Below, piece after piece: positions 21,679-31,034 of a DNA stretch of 32,000 bases. The stretch is from contig JAMPXD010000006.1 in the NCBI GenBank assembly GCA_023701365.1, positions 1 through 32,000 of the forward strand. Reading direction: 5' to 3'. Made by a program: the position numbers and the translations under genes. The DNA is from Geobacteraceae bacterium (GTDB lineage Bacteria > Desulfobacterota > Desulfuromonadia > Geobacterales > Geobacteraceae). Every line of letters begins with the position of its first letter. The stretch's first letter is position 1. The notes below the pieces were generated by a model, which was given only the letters and a program-made list of their open reading frames with translations, was not told the DNA's origin and did no database searches.

Positions 21679-24600
21679 TGCTGAGCGTACAACTCGTCGC
21701 AGCCTGCTCCCTCTTCTATATCGCCCTCCTGTTCATGGTGGCCTACTTCGCCGACAAAAAGCAGGAACAGGGGCAAAGCATCATCTCCAACCCCCACATC
21801 TATTCGCTTTCCATAGCGGTCTATGCCACCGCCTGGACCTTTTACGGGAGCGTCGGCAAGGCCGCCACCACTGGTTTCGACTTTCTATTGATCTACCTCG
21901 GTCCCTCCCTGACCGTATTCAGCTGGTGGTTTCTCCTCCGCAAGATCGTCCGGATCAGCAAGGAAAACAACATCACCTCCATTGCCGACTTCATCAGTTC
22001 GCGTTACGGCAAATCCCAATGGCTGGGCGCCATCATCACCATCATCGCCATCCTGGGAATCATGCCGTACATCGCCCTGCAGCTCAAGGCCGTTTCCACC
22101 ACTTTCTCGATCATCACCGGCCACCCGGATATCCACCTGCTGTTTCAGGGCGGGAGCTTCCTCCCCTCCCCCCAGCCCGGTTTCCTGTCCGCCCTTCTGC
22201 TGAGTATTTTCGGGATCGTCTTCGGCGCCCGCCACCTGGTTTCTTCAGAACGGCACGAGGGGCTGGTAGCCGCCATAGCCGTCGAGTCCATCGTCAAGCT
22301 GATAGCATTCATGTCGGTCGGCGTTTTTGTCACCTACTTCGTATTCGACGGCTTCTCCGATATTTTCTCCCGCCTGCAGGCGAGGGACCCGGCCCTGCAC
22401 GACCACCTGACGACCTTCGGGGAAGCGGGGGAGGTTTCCTATTCAAACTGGTTCACCATCCTCTATCTGTCGATGGGGGCGATCATCATGCTCCCCCGCC
22501 AGTTTCACATCCTGGTCATCGAGAACTCCAGCGAGGCGCATATCAAGGATGCCATGTGGCGCTTCCCCGCCTACATGTTCCTGATCAACATTTTTGTCGT
22601 GCCGATTGCGCTGGGAGGCATCCTCCTCACCGGCAGCAATAGCGGCGCCGATTACTTCGTCCTCACCCTCCCCCTGAGCAGCGGCCATCCCTGGCTGGCG
22701 CTGCTCGCTTTCCTGGGTGGATTTTCCGCTGCCGCCGGGATGGTCATGGTCGAATCGGTAGCCATTTCCACCATGTTTCTCAACCACCTGGTGATGCCGA
22801 TCATAGTAAAGCTGAAGCCGCGTAGCTGGTTTTCCGTGCTGCTGATAAACCTGAAGCGTTTCGGCATTTTCCTGGTTGTTTTTCTCGGCTACCTCTATTA
22901 CGGCATCGTCGGTGAAACCTACATGCTGGTAAACATGGGGCTGATCTCTTTTGCCGCAGCGGCCCAATTCGGGCCGGCGCTGATCGGCGGTCTCTACTGG
23001 CGAAGGGGGAACAAGGCCGGCGCCATCACCGGCATCGTCCTCGGCTTCGTCATCTGGTTCTACACCCTGATGGTCCCCTCTTTCGTCAAATCGGGGTGGT
23101 GGCAGAGCGATATCCTGGAAAAAGGCCCGCTGGGGCTCGATCTCCTGAGGCCGACCGAGCTTTTCGGCCTGACCGGTCTGGACATCTGGACCAATGCCAT
23201 GTTCTGGAGCATGTTGTTCAATATCGGCAGCTACCTTGCCTGTTCGATCATCCTCCCCCAGGATGACACGGAAAAAGAGCAGGTAATAAAATTCGTCGAC
23301 GTATTCAAAGAAGTGCAGGAAGAGGTGCCGTGGGAGACCAAAAGGCTTACCAAGCCGGTCACCGTCATGCAATTTGTCAACCTGATGACCAAGTTCATCG
23401 GCGAAAGCCAGTCCCACTCAGCCATAGCCGAATACCTCGGGGACGGGGAGATAGATGAAAAGGGGGGGGTGTCGGAATTCGAGCTCCCCCGGCTCAAGCG
23501 TTTTATCGAGAAAACCCTGGCCGGCTCCCTCGGCGGTGCCGCGGCAGGAGCGATCGTGGAGAGTTACCTGTCTGACATCGGCTCGAAGATGGAATCTGTC
23601 TACGATATCTTCAGCACCGTCCGCTCAGAGCTGTCAGAAAGCCGCGAGGCGCTCTCCGTGCGCCTGCGGGCCTCGGAAATAATGAACCGGACCCTGGACC
23701 TCTCCATCATCATGTACGACCTCCTTGAACTTATCCGGAAGGAATTCAAGTTCGACCTTGCGGTCATCCGGCTCATCGATGCGGAGGGTAAGCTGGCCAC
23801 CCGCAGTTACAGCGGCACGCCGATCCCCTCCATAATCAAAAGGGAGATAACCCCTGACATAAATACCTACATAGGTGACGCCTTCCTGTCGAACAGGCCC
23901 GGTTTCCTGAACGATACCCGGCACCATACCAAATCTGAATCGAAGGAGCTGATAGAGCGGGAGGGGATCCGCTCGTTCGCCCATATCCCGATAGCCCGCG
24001 AAGGGGAACCACCGGTCGGGGTCCTCTCGGTATTCTCCAGCTCTATTATCGGTCTGTACACCCAGCCCTTCATCGATCTGCTCGCAAGCCTCGCCGGCCA
24101 GCTGGCCCAGGCAGTCAAGATAGATTCGGAGATGAAGGCAAAGGAGCGGGAGAGGCAGCAGAAGGAGCTGGCCCTCCTGGAAAACGCCCGGGTGGCGAAG
24201 GAGATGGAAATCGCAAAACAGATCCAGCTCTCCCTCCTCCCCTCCTCGCCGCCGGCATTGACAGGAACGTCCTTTGCCAGCCGCTGCATCCCCGCAACCC
24301 ATGTGGGGGGGGATTATTACGACTTCTTCCAGCGTGGCGACGAGATCGTTGACATCATCATTGCCGATGTCTCCGGGCACAGCGTGGGGGCGGCCCTGAT
24401 CATGGTCGAGACGCGCAGCGTCCTGCGCGCCCAGATCCCCTCCACCAACAGCACCGGCGCAATCCTCGCCATGCTCAACGAACTGCTCTACGAAGACCTG
24501 ACGAGCGCCGAGCTGTTCATCACCATGTTTTTTATCAAATACGACGCGCGCAGCCGCCTCCTCACCTACTCCAGCGCAGGGCACAACCATCCCCTGCTGT

Positions 24601-24920
24601 ACCGGCCCGGTGCGCTTTCCTGCATCGAACTGGACGCCGAAGGGCTGATCATCGGGGTAAAGAGAGGAGTGGCGTTTGAAGAAAGGAGCCTGCAGTTGCA
24701 GCAGGGAGACATCCTGCTCATGTACACCGACGGCATCACCGAGGCCCAGAATTCGGCGGGGGAATTGTTCGGAGAACGGCGGCTCTGCCAGATCCTGGCA
24801 TCTGCCCAATACGAATCTCCCGAGCTGCTGATCGACCGGATTCTCGATGAAGTGGCGGCTTTTACCGAGACCCTGCCGCTCCAGGACGATGTCTCGATCG
24901 TGATCATGAAGGTGATTTAA
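21678..24920 (+). CDS. Sodium:solute-symporter (SSS/SLC5)-like membrane domain fused to GAF and a PP2C/SpoIIE (RsbU-type) Ser phosphatase
   Basis: 1080 aa. Residues 1 to about 525 are polytopic, with an N-terminus like SSS-type sensor domains (YSLSIAVYATAWTFYGSVGKAATTGFDFLLIYLGP). A GAF-like region spans about aa 660-815. A coiled coil follows. PP2C motifs: GGDYYDFF, ADVSGHSVGAAL, YSSAGHNHPLLYR, LLMYTDGITEA, DDVSIVIMKV. AAAGGGGAG SD. Confidence 0.9.
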   Translation: MLSVQLVAACSLFYIALLFMVAYFADKKQEQGQSIISNPHIYSLSIAVYATAWTFYGSVGKAATTGFDFLLIYLGPSLTVFSWWFLLRKIVRISKENNITSIADFISSRYGKSQWLGAIITIIAILGIMPYIALQLKAVSTTFSIITGHPDIHLLFQGGSFLPSPQPGFLSALLLSIFGIVFGARHLVSSERHEGLVAAIAVESIVKLIAFMSVGVFVTYFVFDGFSDIFSRLQARDPALHDHLTTFGEAGEVSYSNWFTILYLSMGAIIMLPRQFHILVIENSSEAHIKDAMWRFPAYMFLINIFVVPIALGGILLTGSNSGADYFVLTLPLSSGHPWLALLAFLGGFSAAAGMVMVESVAISTMFLNHLVMPIIVKLKPRSWFSVLLINLKRFGIFLVVFLGYLYYGIVGETYMLVNMGLISFAAAAQFGPALIGGLYWRRGNKAGAITGIVLGFVIWFYTLMVPSFVKSGWWQSDILEKGPLGLDLLRPTELFGLTGLDIWTNAMFWSMLFNIGSYLACSIILPQDDTEKEQVIKFVDVFKEVQEEVPWETKRLTKPVTVMQFVNLMTKFIGESQSHSAIAEYLGDGEIDEKGGVSEFELPRLKRFIEKTLAGSLGGAAAGAIVESYLSDIGSKMESVYDIFSTVRSELSESREALSVRLRASEIMNRTLDLSIIMYDLLELIRKEFKFDLAVIRLIDAEGKLATRSYSGTPIPSIIKREITPDINTYIGDAFLSNRPGFLNDTRHHTKSESKELIEREGIRSFAHIPIAREGEPPVGVLSVFSSSIIGLYTQPFIDLLASLAGQLAQAVKIDSEMKAKERERQQKELALLENARVAKEMEIAKQIQLSLLPSSPPALTGTSFASRCIPATHVGGDYYDFFQRGDEIVDIIIADVSGHSVGAALIMVETRSVLRAQIPSTNSTGAILAMLNELLYEDLTSAELFITMFFIKYDARSRLLTYSSAGHNHPLLYRPGALSCIELDAEGLIIGVKRGVAFEERSLQLQQGDILLMYTDGITEAQNSAGELFGERRLCQILASAQYESPELLIDRILDEVAAFTETLPLQDDVSIVIMKVI

Positions 24921-25024
24921 CACAAAAAAGTCGAGAAATTACAGGAATTCAGGTACAATAGAATGAGAAAATAAATTCAATCGGTCCGGCCACCCGTGCC
25001 GGGCCTGTGTCAAAGGAGCACTGC

Positions 25025-25360
25025 ATGAACCTGAAAACCGAAGAAAAGAACAATATCGTGGTCATTTTCGTCAAAGAGGAACGGCTTGACGCCCACAATT
25101 CCGGCGAGTTGAAAGTGGAGATGCAGAGACTTTTCGTGGAGGGGAAGAAAAACGTCCTTGTCGATCTCTATGAGGTGCGTTTTATCGACAGCTCAGGGCT
25201 CGGCGCGCTGGTCTCCGGTTTCAAGAACGCCATTTCAAACCAGGGGAACCTGAAGCTTTCCAGCCTGCAGCCCCAGGTGAAGTCCATGTTCGAGCTGACC
25301 AGACTGCATCGGGTATTCGAAATATTCCCTTCTGCACCGGACGCATTGGAAAACTTCTGA
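25025..25360 (+). CDS. STAS-domain anti-sigma-factor antagonist (RsbV/SpoIIAA-like)
   Basis: 111 aa from the ATG at 25025, with AAAGGAG SD 7 nt upstream (the track GTG at 25007 is less likely). The conserved phospho-acceptor context FIDSSGLGALV is present. Confidence 0.88.
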   Translation: MNLKTEEKNNIVVIFVKEERLDAHNSGELKVEMQRLFVEGKKNVLVDLYEVRFIDSSGLGALVSGFKNAISNQGNLKLSSLQPQVKSMFELTRLHRVFEIFPSAPDALENF

Positions 25361-25375
25361 TAAGGCGAGGTTACC

Positions 25376-25804
25376 ATGGAGAAGAACCTGATCGAAGTGG
25401 ACATCAAGGTCCCCAACCAGACCCGCTATCTGAGCCTCATCGGTAGAATAGGTGAAGATATAGCCAAGGAGGTGGACAAGTATGCCGGTGACAGGGAGAC
25501 CCTGGCCTACCACCTGAACCTGGTCCTGACCGAGGCCATGGCAAACGCCATAAAATACGCGCGCGCCGGCGACCCGGATACGATGGTGCACATCTTCATC
25601 AATATCTCCCCGGAAGAAATCCTGATCAAGGTCTACGACAAGGGCCAGGGCTTCGACATCAACACCATCCCCGCCCCGAACTTCGAAAAGCTGGAGGACC
25701 GGGGGCGGGGAATCTTCATCATCAGGTCACTGATGGATTCCGTAAGCTACCGCAAGATCCGCTGCGGCAATGTGCTGGAGATGTCAAAAAAATTGAAAAA
25801 ATGA
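25376..25804 (+). CDS. RsbW/SpoIIAB-like anti-sigma Ser kinase (HATPase_c)
   Basis: 142 aa. N-box LTEAMANAIKYA, G1 box YDKGQGFD and G2 box GRGIFIIRSLMD. It starts 15 nt after the STAS gene. Confidence 0.85.
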   Translation: MEKNLIEVDIKVPNQTRYLSLIGRIGEDIAKEVDKYAGDRETLAYHLNLVLTEAMANAIKYARAGDPDTMVHIFINISPEEILIKVYDKGQGFDINTIPAPNFEKLEDRGRGIFIIRSLMDSVSYRKIRCGNVLEMSKKLKK

Positions 25805-25818
25805 GGAGCGGCGCCGTC

Positions 25819-26607
25819 TCAGCGCCCCTTATCCCGGCTCCAGCACCTCCGGATCATCCACATCCCCCCGACCGCCATGGGGAAACTGAGCAGCTGCCCC
25901 ATGGAAAAGCCCCCCAGAATAAATCCGAGCTGAACGTCAGGCTCCCGGAAAAATTCCACGAAAAAGCGAAACGCCCCGTACAGGGCGATAAAAGTCCAGA
26001 AGATCACCCCCTTGGGCCGCTGCTTGCGCGCCAGTGTCCATAGTACGATGAATATGACCGGCCCTTCCAGAAAGGCCTCATAGAGCTGGGAAGGATGCCG
26101 CGGCAGGTTCCCCGCCTGCGGGTCAGGGAAAACCATCCCCCACGGGACATCGGTCACCCTGCCATAGAGCTCGCCGTTTATGAAGTTCCCGATCCGCCCC
26201 AGTCCGAGCCCGATCGGGGCCGTCAGGAAGCCGACGTCCGCCATGGCGAGGAAATCGAGCTTCTTTTTCCGGACAAACCAGAGCCCCCCCAGGAGCGCCC
26301 CCACCAGGCCGCCATGAAAGGACATTCCCCCCTCCCAGACGGCGAAGACCTTCAGGGGATGGGCAAGGTAGTCGGACAGGTTATAAAAGAGCACGTAGCC
26401 TGTTCTTCCGCCGACTATCACCCCCAGTGCCACGGCGAATATCATGTCCGCAACGTCATCCCTGCTCAGGGGGATCTTCCGCCTCCTGATCTCCGCCAGG
26501 ATGACGAAATAGGCGGCGACAAAGCCGATAACGTACATGAGGCCGTACCAACGGAATTCCAGGGGTCCCAGACGGAAGAAGACCGGGTCAAGGTTCGGGA
26601 ATTGCAT
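25819..26607 (-). CDS. lgt: Prolipoprotein diacylglyceryl transferase
   Basis: 262 aa. Hallmark Lgt motifs: FRWYGLMYVIGF, GGRTGYVLFYN, WEGGMSFHGGL, GRIGNFINGELYGR, RHPSQLYEA. Confidence 0.95.
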   Translation of the reverse strand: MQFPNLDPVFFRLGPLEFRWYGLMYVIGFVAAYFVILAEIRRRKIPLSRDDVADMIFAVALGVIVGGRTGYVLFYNLSDYLAHPLKVFAVWEGGMSFHGGLVGALLGGLWFVRKKKLDFLAMADVGFLTAPIGLGLGRIGNFINGELYGRVTDVPWGMVFPDPQAGNLPRHPSQLYEAFLEGPVIFIVLWTLARKQRPKGVIFWTFIALYGAFRFFVEFFREPDVQLGFILGGFSMGQLLSFPMAVGGMWMIRRCWSRDKGR

Positions 26608-26745
26608 AAAAGTGTCTCCAGAAAGGCAGATGGTGAAAGGCGAAAAATCTGAACAGATCCCCGGTCCTTTCAGCGCCCAACGTACCAGTAAAAACAGAGG
26701 GTGTCAATCTCCGGCGGCGCTGTCGCCGGATTGCAGCCGCATCGG

Positions 26746-26792
26746 AAAATTTTTCAACTGGATGTTGACACGATTTTCACCGGGAGTATAAT
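26746..26792 (+). promoter_or_regulatory. Strong sigma70-type promoter: UP-like A/T tract, TTGACA, 16-nt spacer, TATAAT
   Basis: aaaattttt (26746-26754), consensus -35 TTGACA (26765-26770) and consensus -10 TATAAT (26787-26792). It points away from both flanking minus-strand genes. Confidence 0.7.
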
Positions 26793-26799
26793 AGGATTC

Positions 26800-27034
26800 A
26801 AAGTGCATGTTCTCTGAAAAGCTCTGGGGTACCGGTAATAACACGTTGAACAACCTGACTATTAAGTGTCCAAAGCTTAACCGGGCGCAGCCGCGGTGTG
26901 CAGACCCTCCAGGAGAGGGAAGCCTGAAGCGTCTTCCCGGTAAATGGTGAAAACAAGGTCAGTGACTCAGCTGTTATACCGTATTTCCGGAGCCCCCTCA
27001 AAAAAGCCCGGGGCTTATCGCTCCGGGCTTTTTT
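26800..27034 (+). ncRNA. Candidate independent structured small RNA of about 235 nt; identity unknown (6S-like architecture not excluded)
   Basis: Bounded by the consensus promoter and a strong terminator. There is no convincing ORF. A long-range helix pairs 26834-26843 (GGUAAUAACA) with 26972-26980 (UGUUAUACC), flanked by GGGG (26826-29) pairing with CCCC (26993-97). Internal helices include ACCGGG (26880-85) with CCCGGU (26936-41), and CCCUC (26905-09) with GAGGG (26915-19). Confidence 0.5.
27000..27034. terminator. Bidirectional rho-independent terminator
   Basis: A6 - AGCCCGGGG / loop CTTATCG / CTCCGGGCT - T6. The stem is 9 bp including one G-U. It serves the plus-strand RNA candidate and the minus-strand DUF4124 gene that ends at 27057. 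Confidence 0.85.
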
Positions 27035-27056
27035 CTTCCTCGCTCCTCACTGAGCC

Positions 27057-27608
27057 CTATTCCGTCAGCTCGGCCGGTACCCCCGCGGCTCCCGCCTCTT
27101 TTTTCAGGTCATCAAGCTTCTTCCGCCGTTCCAGGACGCTGTGTTCAATGGATTTGATGACTTGCTGAATGCCGAGATACTGGCTCCGCGACATGCTGCT
27201 GGTGTCCTTCAGGCGGTTGCGGTTCTCCACAAGTTGTTTTTCTGCAGCCTTCAGGTCCGCATCGAGGGCAGCGAACTCCGCTTTCCAGGCATCCGCATCC
27301 TTGCCGCCGTACACGGCCTTCTTATCCTGCTTGGCGGCCGGAGCGCTCTCCTTGCTCTGCTGGACAGCCTCTCCCCCGCTGCTCCCGGTCTTTTGCTGAG
27401 CGGCGGGTTGCTCTTTCCCCTCCTTCGCCTCGGCGGGGGGAGGTTCCTCTTCCCCGACAACCCTGACCTTGTTCCGGTACTTTTTCGGGACCTTGCCGAG
27501 GTCCTCGGTGAAATTGACGGTTCCCTGATCGTCTTCCCAGACATAGGTCTCAGCAAAAGCCGGCACGGAAAAAAGCACCATCGTCAACAGTAGCACCAAT
27601 GTCTTCAT
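27057..27608 (-). CDS. Secreted DUF4124-like protein with low-complexity linker and C-terminal coiled coil
   Basis: Preferred start is the ATG at 27608 (MKTLVLLLTMVLFSVPAFA signal peptide, GGAGGAAG SD). YVWEDDQGTVNFTED matches the DUF4124 pattern (Y.W.D..G...fsD). Confidence 0.8.
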   Translation of the reverse strand: MKTLVLLLTMVLFSVPAFAETYVWEDDQGTVNFTEDLGKVPKKYRNKVRVVGEEEPPPAEAKEGKEQPAAQQKTGSSGGEAVQQSKESAPAAKQDKKAVYGGKDADAWKAEFAALDADLKAAEKQLVENRNRLKDTSSMSRSQYLGIQQVIKSIEHSVLERRKKLDDLKKEAGAAGVPAELTE

Positions 27609-27643
27609 GCGATTCTTCCTCCATGACTCTGTTGTGGGAGATA

Positions 27644-27988
27644 CTACCCCGGCGGCCACCCCAACTGCCGGCCGCCGAGGAGATGGAAATGGATGTGGAA
27701 GACCGACTGGCCGGCGCCGGCGTTGTTATTGGAGACGATCCTGAAGCCGTTTTCCGCGACCCCCTTGTCCCGGGCGATCCGGGCCGCGGTCCGGTAGACA
27801 TGACCGATCAGTGCATCGTCGGCCGGGTCGAGGTCGAGGGCATTCACCAGGTGCTTTCTCGGGATGATCAGCAGATGAAGCGGCGCGACCGGCGCAATGT
27901 CTTCGATAACGACCACCAAGTCATCCTCGAAAACCTTCTTCGCGGGAATCTCTCCCTTTATTATCCTGCAAAAGATGCAGTTTTCCAT
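27644..27988 (-). CDS. HIT-family (histidine triad) nucleotide hydrolase/transferase
   Basis: 114 aa from the ATG at 27988 (MENCIFCRII..., GGGGGAG SD). Histidine triad motif HIHFHLLGG. Confidence 0.92.
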   Translation of the reverse strand: MENCIFCRIIKGEIPAKKVFEDDLVVVIEDIAPVAPLHLLIIPRKHLVNALDLDPADDALIGHVYRTAARIARDKGVAENGFRIVSNNNAGAGQSVFHIHFHLLGGRQLGWPPG

Positions 27989-28030
27989 GGACTCCCCCCT
28001 TGATTCAGTGAGCGGTGAACAGCTCACTTC

Positions 28031-28780
28031 TCACTTCTTATCGGTTTTTCTCATGCAGATCAGAAACTCCCGGTTCCCCTTCGGCCCGAGAATGGGGGAT
28101 TCGGTCACCCCCGCCACTTCCAGCCCCAGGCTCTCCGCCAGCGCGCGAACGGAATCGGTCACCTCCCGATGCTTTCTTGGGTCGCGCACGACCCCCCCCT
28201 TCCCCACTTCCCCCCGCCCCACTTCAAACTGGGGTTTGATGAGGGCGATTATCAGGCCATCCTCCCTGATCAGGGCGATCGTGCTCGGGAGGACCTTGGC
28301 AAGGGAAATGAAAGAGGCGTCGATGACCGCCATGTCGGGGATTTCCGGGAGCCGCTCCGGAGTCAGATGCCTGATGTTGGTCTTCTCCAGGCTGAGCACA
28401 CGGTCATCATTGCGGAGCTTCCAGGCCAGTTGCCCGTATCCCACATCCACGGCAAAGACCCTGCGCGCGCCACGCTGGAGAAGACAATCGGTAAAGCCGC
28501 CGGTGGAAGCGCCGACGTCGAGGACGGCAAGACCCGTGACATCTATGGCGAATTCGTCCAGCGCCTGTTGCAGCTTCAGCCCCCCGCGGCTGACAAAGGG
28601 GAGCGGTTCCCCTTTCAGGCGGATCTCCGCTGCAAGCGGCACCAGTTGCCCCGCCTTGTCCGCCAGGTGGTCATCCACCACCACCTGGCCGGCCATGATA
28701 AGCGACCGGGCCCTCTCCCGGGACGATGCCAGCCCCCGGTCCAGGATCAGTTTGTCAAGCCGCACTTTTTCGATTGCCAT
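28031..28780 (-). CDS. tlyA: TlyA-family rRNA (cytidine-2'-O)-methyltransferase
   Basis: 249 aa from the ATG at 28780 (MAIEKVRLDKLILDRGL...). N-terminal S4-like domain and FtsJ-type SAM motif LDVGASTGGFTDCLLQRGA. The longer track start (28870) adds a non-conserved extension. Confidence 0.9.
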   Translation of the reverse strand: MAIEKVRLDKLILDRGLASSRERARSLIMAGQVVVDDHLADKAGQLVPLAAEIRLKGEPLPFVSRGGLKLQQALDEFAIDVTGLAVLDVGASTGGFTDCLLQRGARRVFAVDVGYGQLAWKLRNDDRVLSLEKTNIRHLTPERLPEIPDMAVIDASFISLAKVLPSTIALIREDGLIIALIKPQFEVGRGEVGKGGVVRDPRKHREVTDSVRALAESLGLEVAGVTESPILGPKGNREFLICMRKTDKK

Positions 28781-29002
28781 ATGCCGTCTGTTCCATTGAG
28801 GCTTCCGGGGCCGCTGTTCCGGATTCGTGACATCCAAAGTCCCGGCTTCTGTTCTCCATGCGCCGTTCACCGCATGTTACCTGCATTGCCGCGCCGAATC
28901 AAGTGGCAAATAGGCGATCCTCAGCCCGGATGCAGCTGGCGGGCTGCAAGCCGTCCTTCCCTTTGCAGCGCGGGGCAACGAGAATCAGACGGTTGCGGTC
29001 GG

Positions 29003-29030
29003 TTGACTTCAGCGGAATTACGCCTATATT
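29003..29030 (+). promoter_or_regulatory. Sigma70-type promoter for the zinc-ribbon gene and rmuC
   Basis: TTGACT (29003-29008), 16-nt spacer, TATATT (29025-29030), about 50 nt upstream of the ATG at 29080. Confidence 0.55.
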
Positions 29031-29079
29031 TAACGGTAGAAGGCCAAACAGCGCTATTTTGTGAGAAGGGAGAGTCACC

Positions 29080-29379
29080 ATGAGCGACATTTGGGAAAAA
29101 CGGAAAAAGGCCCTGGAGAATCAATACATTCTCAAGCAGGAGGCGGAAAAGATCGAGAAGATGAAGACAGAGGCCCGGGAAAAGGTGATCCGGGAGCACT
29201 GCCGCAACCGCTGTCCGAAATGCGGCGACCCCATCGAGCCGATGACGTTTCGCGGCGTCCCCATGGACAAATGCCACGGTTGCGGCGGGATCTGGCTCGG
29301 CCCCAGGGACCTGCAGATATTGGCCTCCAAAGACCACCGCACATGGTTCGACAAGTGGTTCAAGGGAGAGGAGGAGTAG
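29080..29379 (+). CDS. Zinc-ribbon (TFIIB-type zf) domain protein
   Basis: 99 aa. CPKCG...CHGCGGIWL four-Cys ribbon followed by a W-rich tail, with an N-terminal Lys/Glu-rich helix. GAAGGGAGAG SD. Confidence 0.75.
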   Translation: MSDIWEKRKKALENQYILKQEAEKIEKMKTEAREKVIREHCRNRCPKCGDPIEPMTFRGVPMDKCHGCGGIWLGPRDLQILASKDHRTWFDKWFKGEEE

Positions 29380-29499
29380 TTCCCCGACACCCCGGCGGCC
29401 CCCCTGTACTTGCCCGGCGAATTCTGCTATGCTTGCCGCATTTTTACGGGGACAAATTTGAAACTGTCAGCGGTTTCAAGCAAGGGAGGCTGAACCATC

Positions 29500-30990
29500 A
29501 TGGAAGTGCTCTTTCTCATAATCGGCATCATTGCCGGCGGGACGATAATCTGGCTCTATCTCGGGAGCCGGGCGGAGCGGCAGAGAGCCGGGCTGGCAGC
29601 TGAAGCGGCGGCCCTCAATGAGCGCCTCCTGGGGAAGGAGCAGCGGCTGGAAGAATTCAGGAACGGACTCGACCGGGCCGTTGCCGACAATAACGGCCTC
29701 AGGGCCGAGCTGATGGCAGAGCGGGAAAGGAGGTCCGCGGCAGAGGAGAAATGCACCCGCATCGGCGAGCTTGAAACGCTCCTGAATGCGCGTGAGGAAC
29801 GGCTGCGCCGGCTCAATGAGGAAAACGCCGACCTCCAGGCAAAGCTTGCCGGGCTCACCGCCCGGCTTCACGAAGAACGCAAGGCGGCCGAGGAGAAGCT
29901 CGCGGTCCTCGACGTCGCCCAGGCGAAACTATCCGATGCCTTCAGGGCACTCTCCGCCGAGGCGCTCAAGAGCAACAACCAGTCTTTTCTCGACCTTGCC
30001 AGGGCCTCCATGGAAAAGTTCCAGGAAGGCGCCCGCGGTGACCTGGAGTTGAGACGGCAGGCCATCGACGAACTCGTTAAGCCGATGAAGGAGTCCCTGG
30101 CCCAGGTGGACGTCAGGATCCAGGAGATGGAAAAGATACGGGCATCAGCCTACACGAGCCTGACCGAGCAGATAAAGTCGCTCGCCTCCAGCCAGGTCCG
30201 GTTGCAGGGGGAAACCGCCAGCCTGGTGAAGGCCCTCCGCTCTCCCACCGTGCGCGGCCGCTGGGGCGAGATCCAGCTCAAGCGGGTCGTGGAAATCGCC
30301 GGGATGGTCAATTATTGCGATTTCGCCGAGCAGGAGTCGGTCTCCGGCGAAGACGGCAGGCTGCGGCCCGACATGGTGATCAAGCTGCCGAACGGCAAGA
30401 ATGTCGTGGTCGACTCCAAGGCCCCGCTCCAGGCTTACCTGGAGGCGCTGGAGGCGACAGAGGAAAAGGAGCGCCTCCACAAGCTGAAGGAACATGCCCG
30501 CCATATCCGGGTCCACCTGGCAAAGCTGAGCGCCAAGTCTTACTGGGACCAGTTCAAGGCCACCCCCGAGTTCGTTGTCCTGTTTCTCCCCGGCGAAACA
30601 TTCTTCAGCGCCGCCCTGGAGCAGGACCCTGGGCTGATCGAATTCGGCGTCGAACAGAAGGTGATCCTCGCCACCCCGACCACCCTGATCGCCCTTCTGC
30701 GGGCAGTCGCCTACGGTTGGCGCCAGGAACAGATCGCTGAAAACGCCCAGGCCATCAGCGAGCTTGGCAAGACCCTGTACGACCGGATCACGGTTCTTAC
30801 CGGGCACTTCTCCGACATGCGTAGGGGGCTGGAACGCGCGGTCGAATCCTACAACCGGGCGGTCGGCACCATGGAAACCCGGGTGCTCGTCACCGCCCGC
30901 CGCTTCAAGGAGCTCGGCGCCTCCACGGGGAAGGAGATAGAAACCATGGAAGCGCTTGACAAGGCACCGCGCCTGCTGGTGGCGGAGTAG
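29500..30990 (+). CDS. rmuC: DNA recombination protein RmuC
   Basis: 496 aa. N-terminal TM helix, long coiled coil, then the conserved RmuC nuclease-like core ([18 protein letters not shown]...[23 protein letters not shown]). CAAGGGAGG SD. Confidence 0.92.
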   Translation: MEVLFLIIGIIAGGTIIWLYLGSRAERQRAGLAAEAAALNERLLGKEQRLEEFRNGLDRAVADNNGLRAELMAERERRSAAEEKCTRIGELETLLNAREERLRRLNEENADLQAKLAGLTARLHEERKAAEEKLAVLDVAQAKLSDAFRALSAEALKSNNQSFLDLARASMEKFQEGARGDLELRRQAIDELVKPMKESLAQVDVRIQEMEKIRASAYTSLTEQIKSLASSQVRLQGETASLVKALRSPTVRGRWGEIQLKRVVEIAGMVNYCDFAEQESVSGEDGRLRPDMVIKLPNGKNVVVDSKAPLQAYLEALEATEEKERLHKLKEHARHIRVHLAKLSAKSYWDQFKATPEFVVLFLPGETFFSAALEQDPGLIEFGVEQKVILATPTTLIALLRAVAYGWRQEQIAENAQAISELGKTLYDRITVLTGHFSDMRRGLERAVESYNRAVGTMETRVLVTARRFKELGASTGKEIETMEALDKAPRLLVAE

Positions 30991-31034
30991 CCCGGGGACC
31001 GGGGCTTTGAACCGGTCACTGGCAACAGTTTTCG

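Noticed and set aside
22443-24923. 324-aa and 429-aa minus-strand ORFs antisense to the SSS-GAF-PP2C gene, and the 333-aa out-of-frame plus ORF at 21641-22642
   Set aside because: All are explained by the single 1080-aa frame, which has coherent TM, GAF and PP2C motifs. The alternatives are low-complexity.
26807-26950. 47-codon ORF (MFSEKLWGTGNNTLNNLTIKCPKLNRAQPRCADPPGEGSLKRLPGKW) inside the sRNA candidate
   Set aside because: The only AGGA lies upstream of the predicted TSS. Third-position GC bias is much weaker than in neighbouring genes, and the region folds into extended helices. It is kept as the alternative explanation in the corresponding finding rather than called as a CDS.
28169-29083. 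304-aa plus-strand ORF antisense to tlyA
   Set aside because: High-GC antisense artefact. TlyA motifs (S4 domain, SAM-binding GASTGGF) are on the minus strand.
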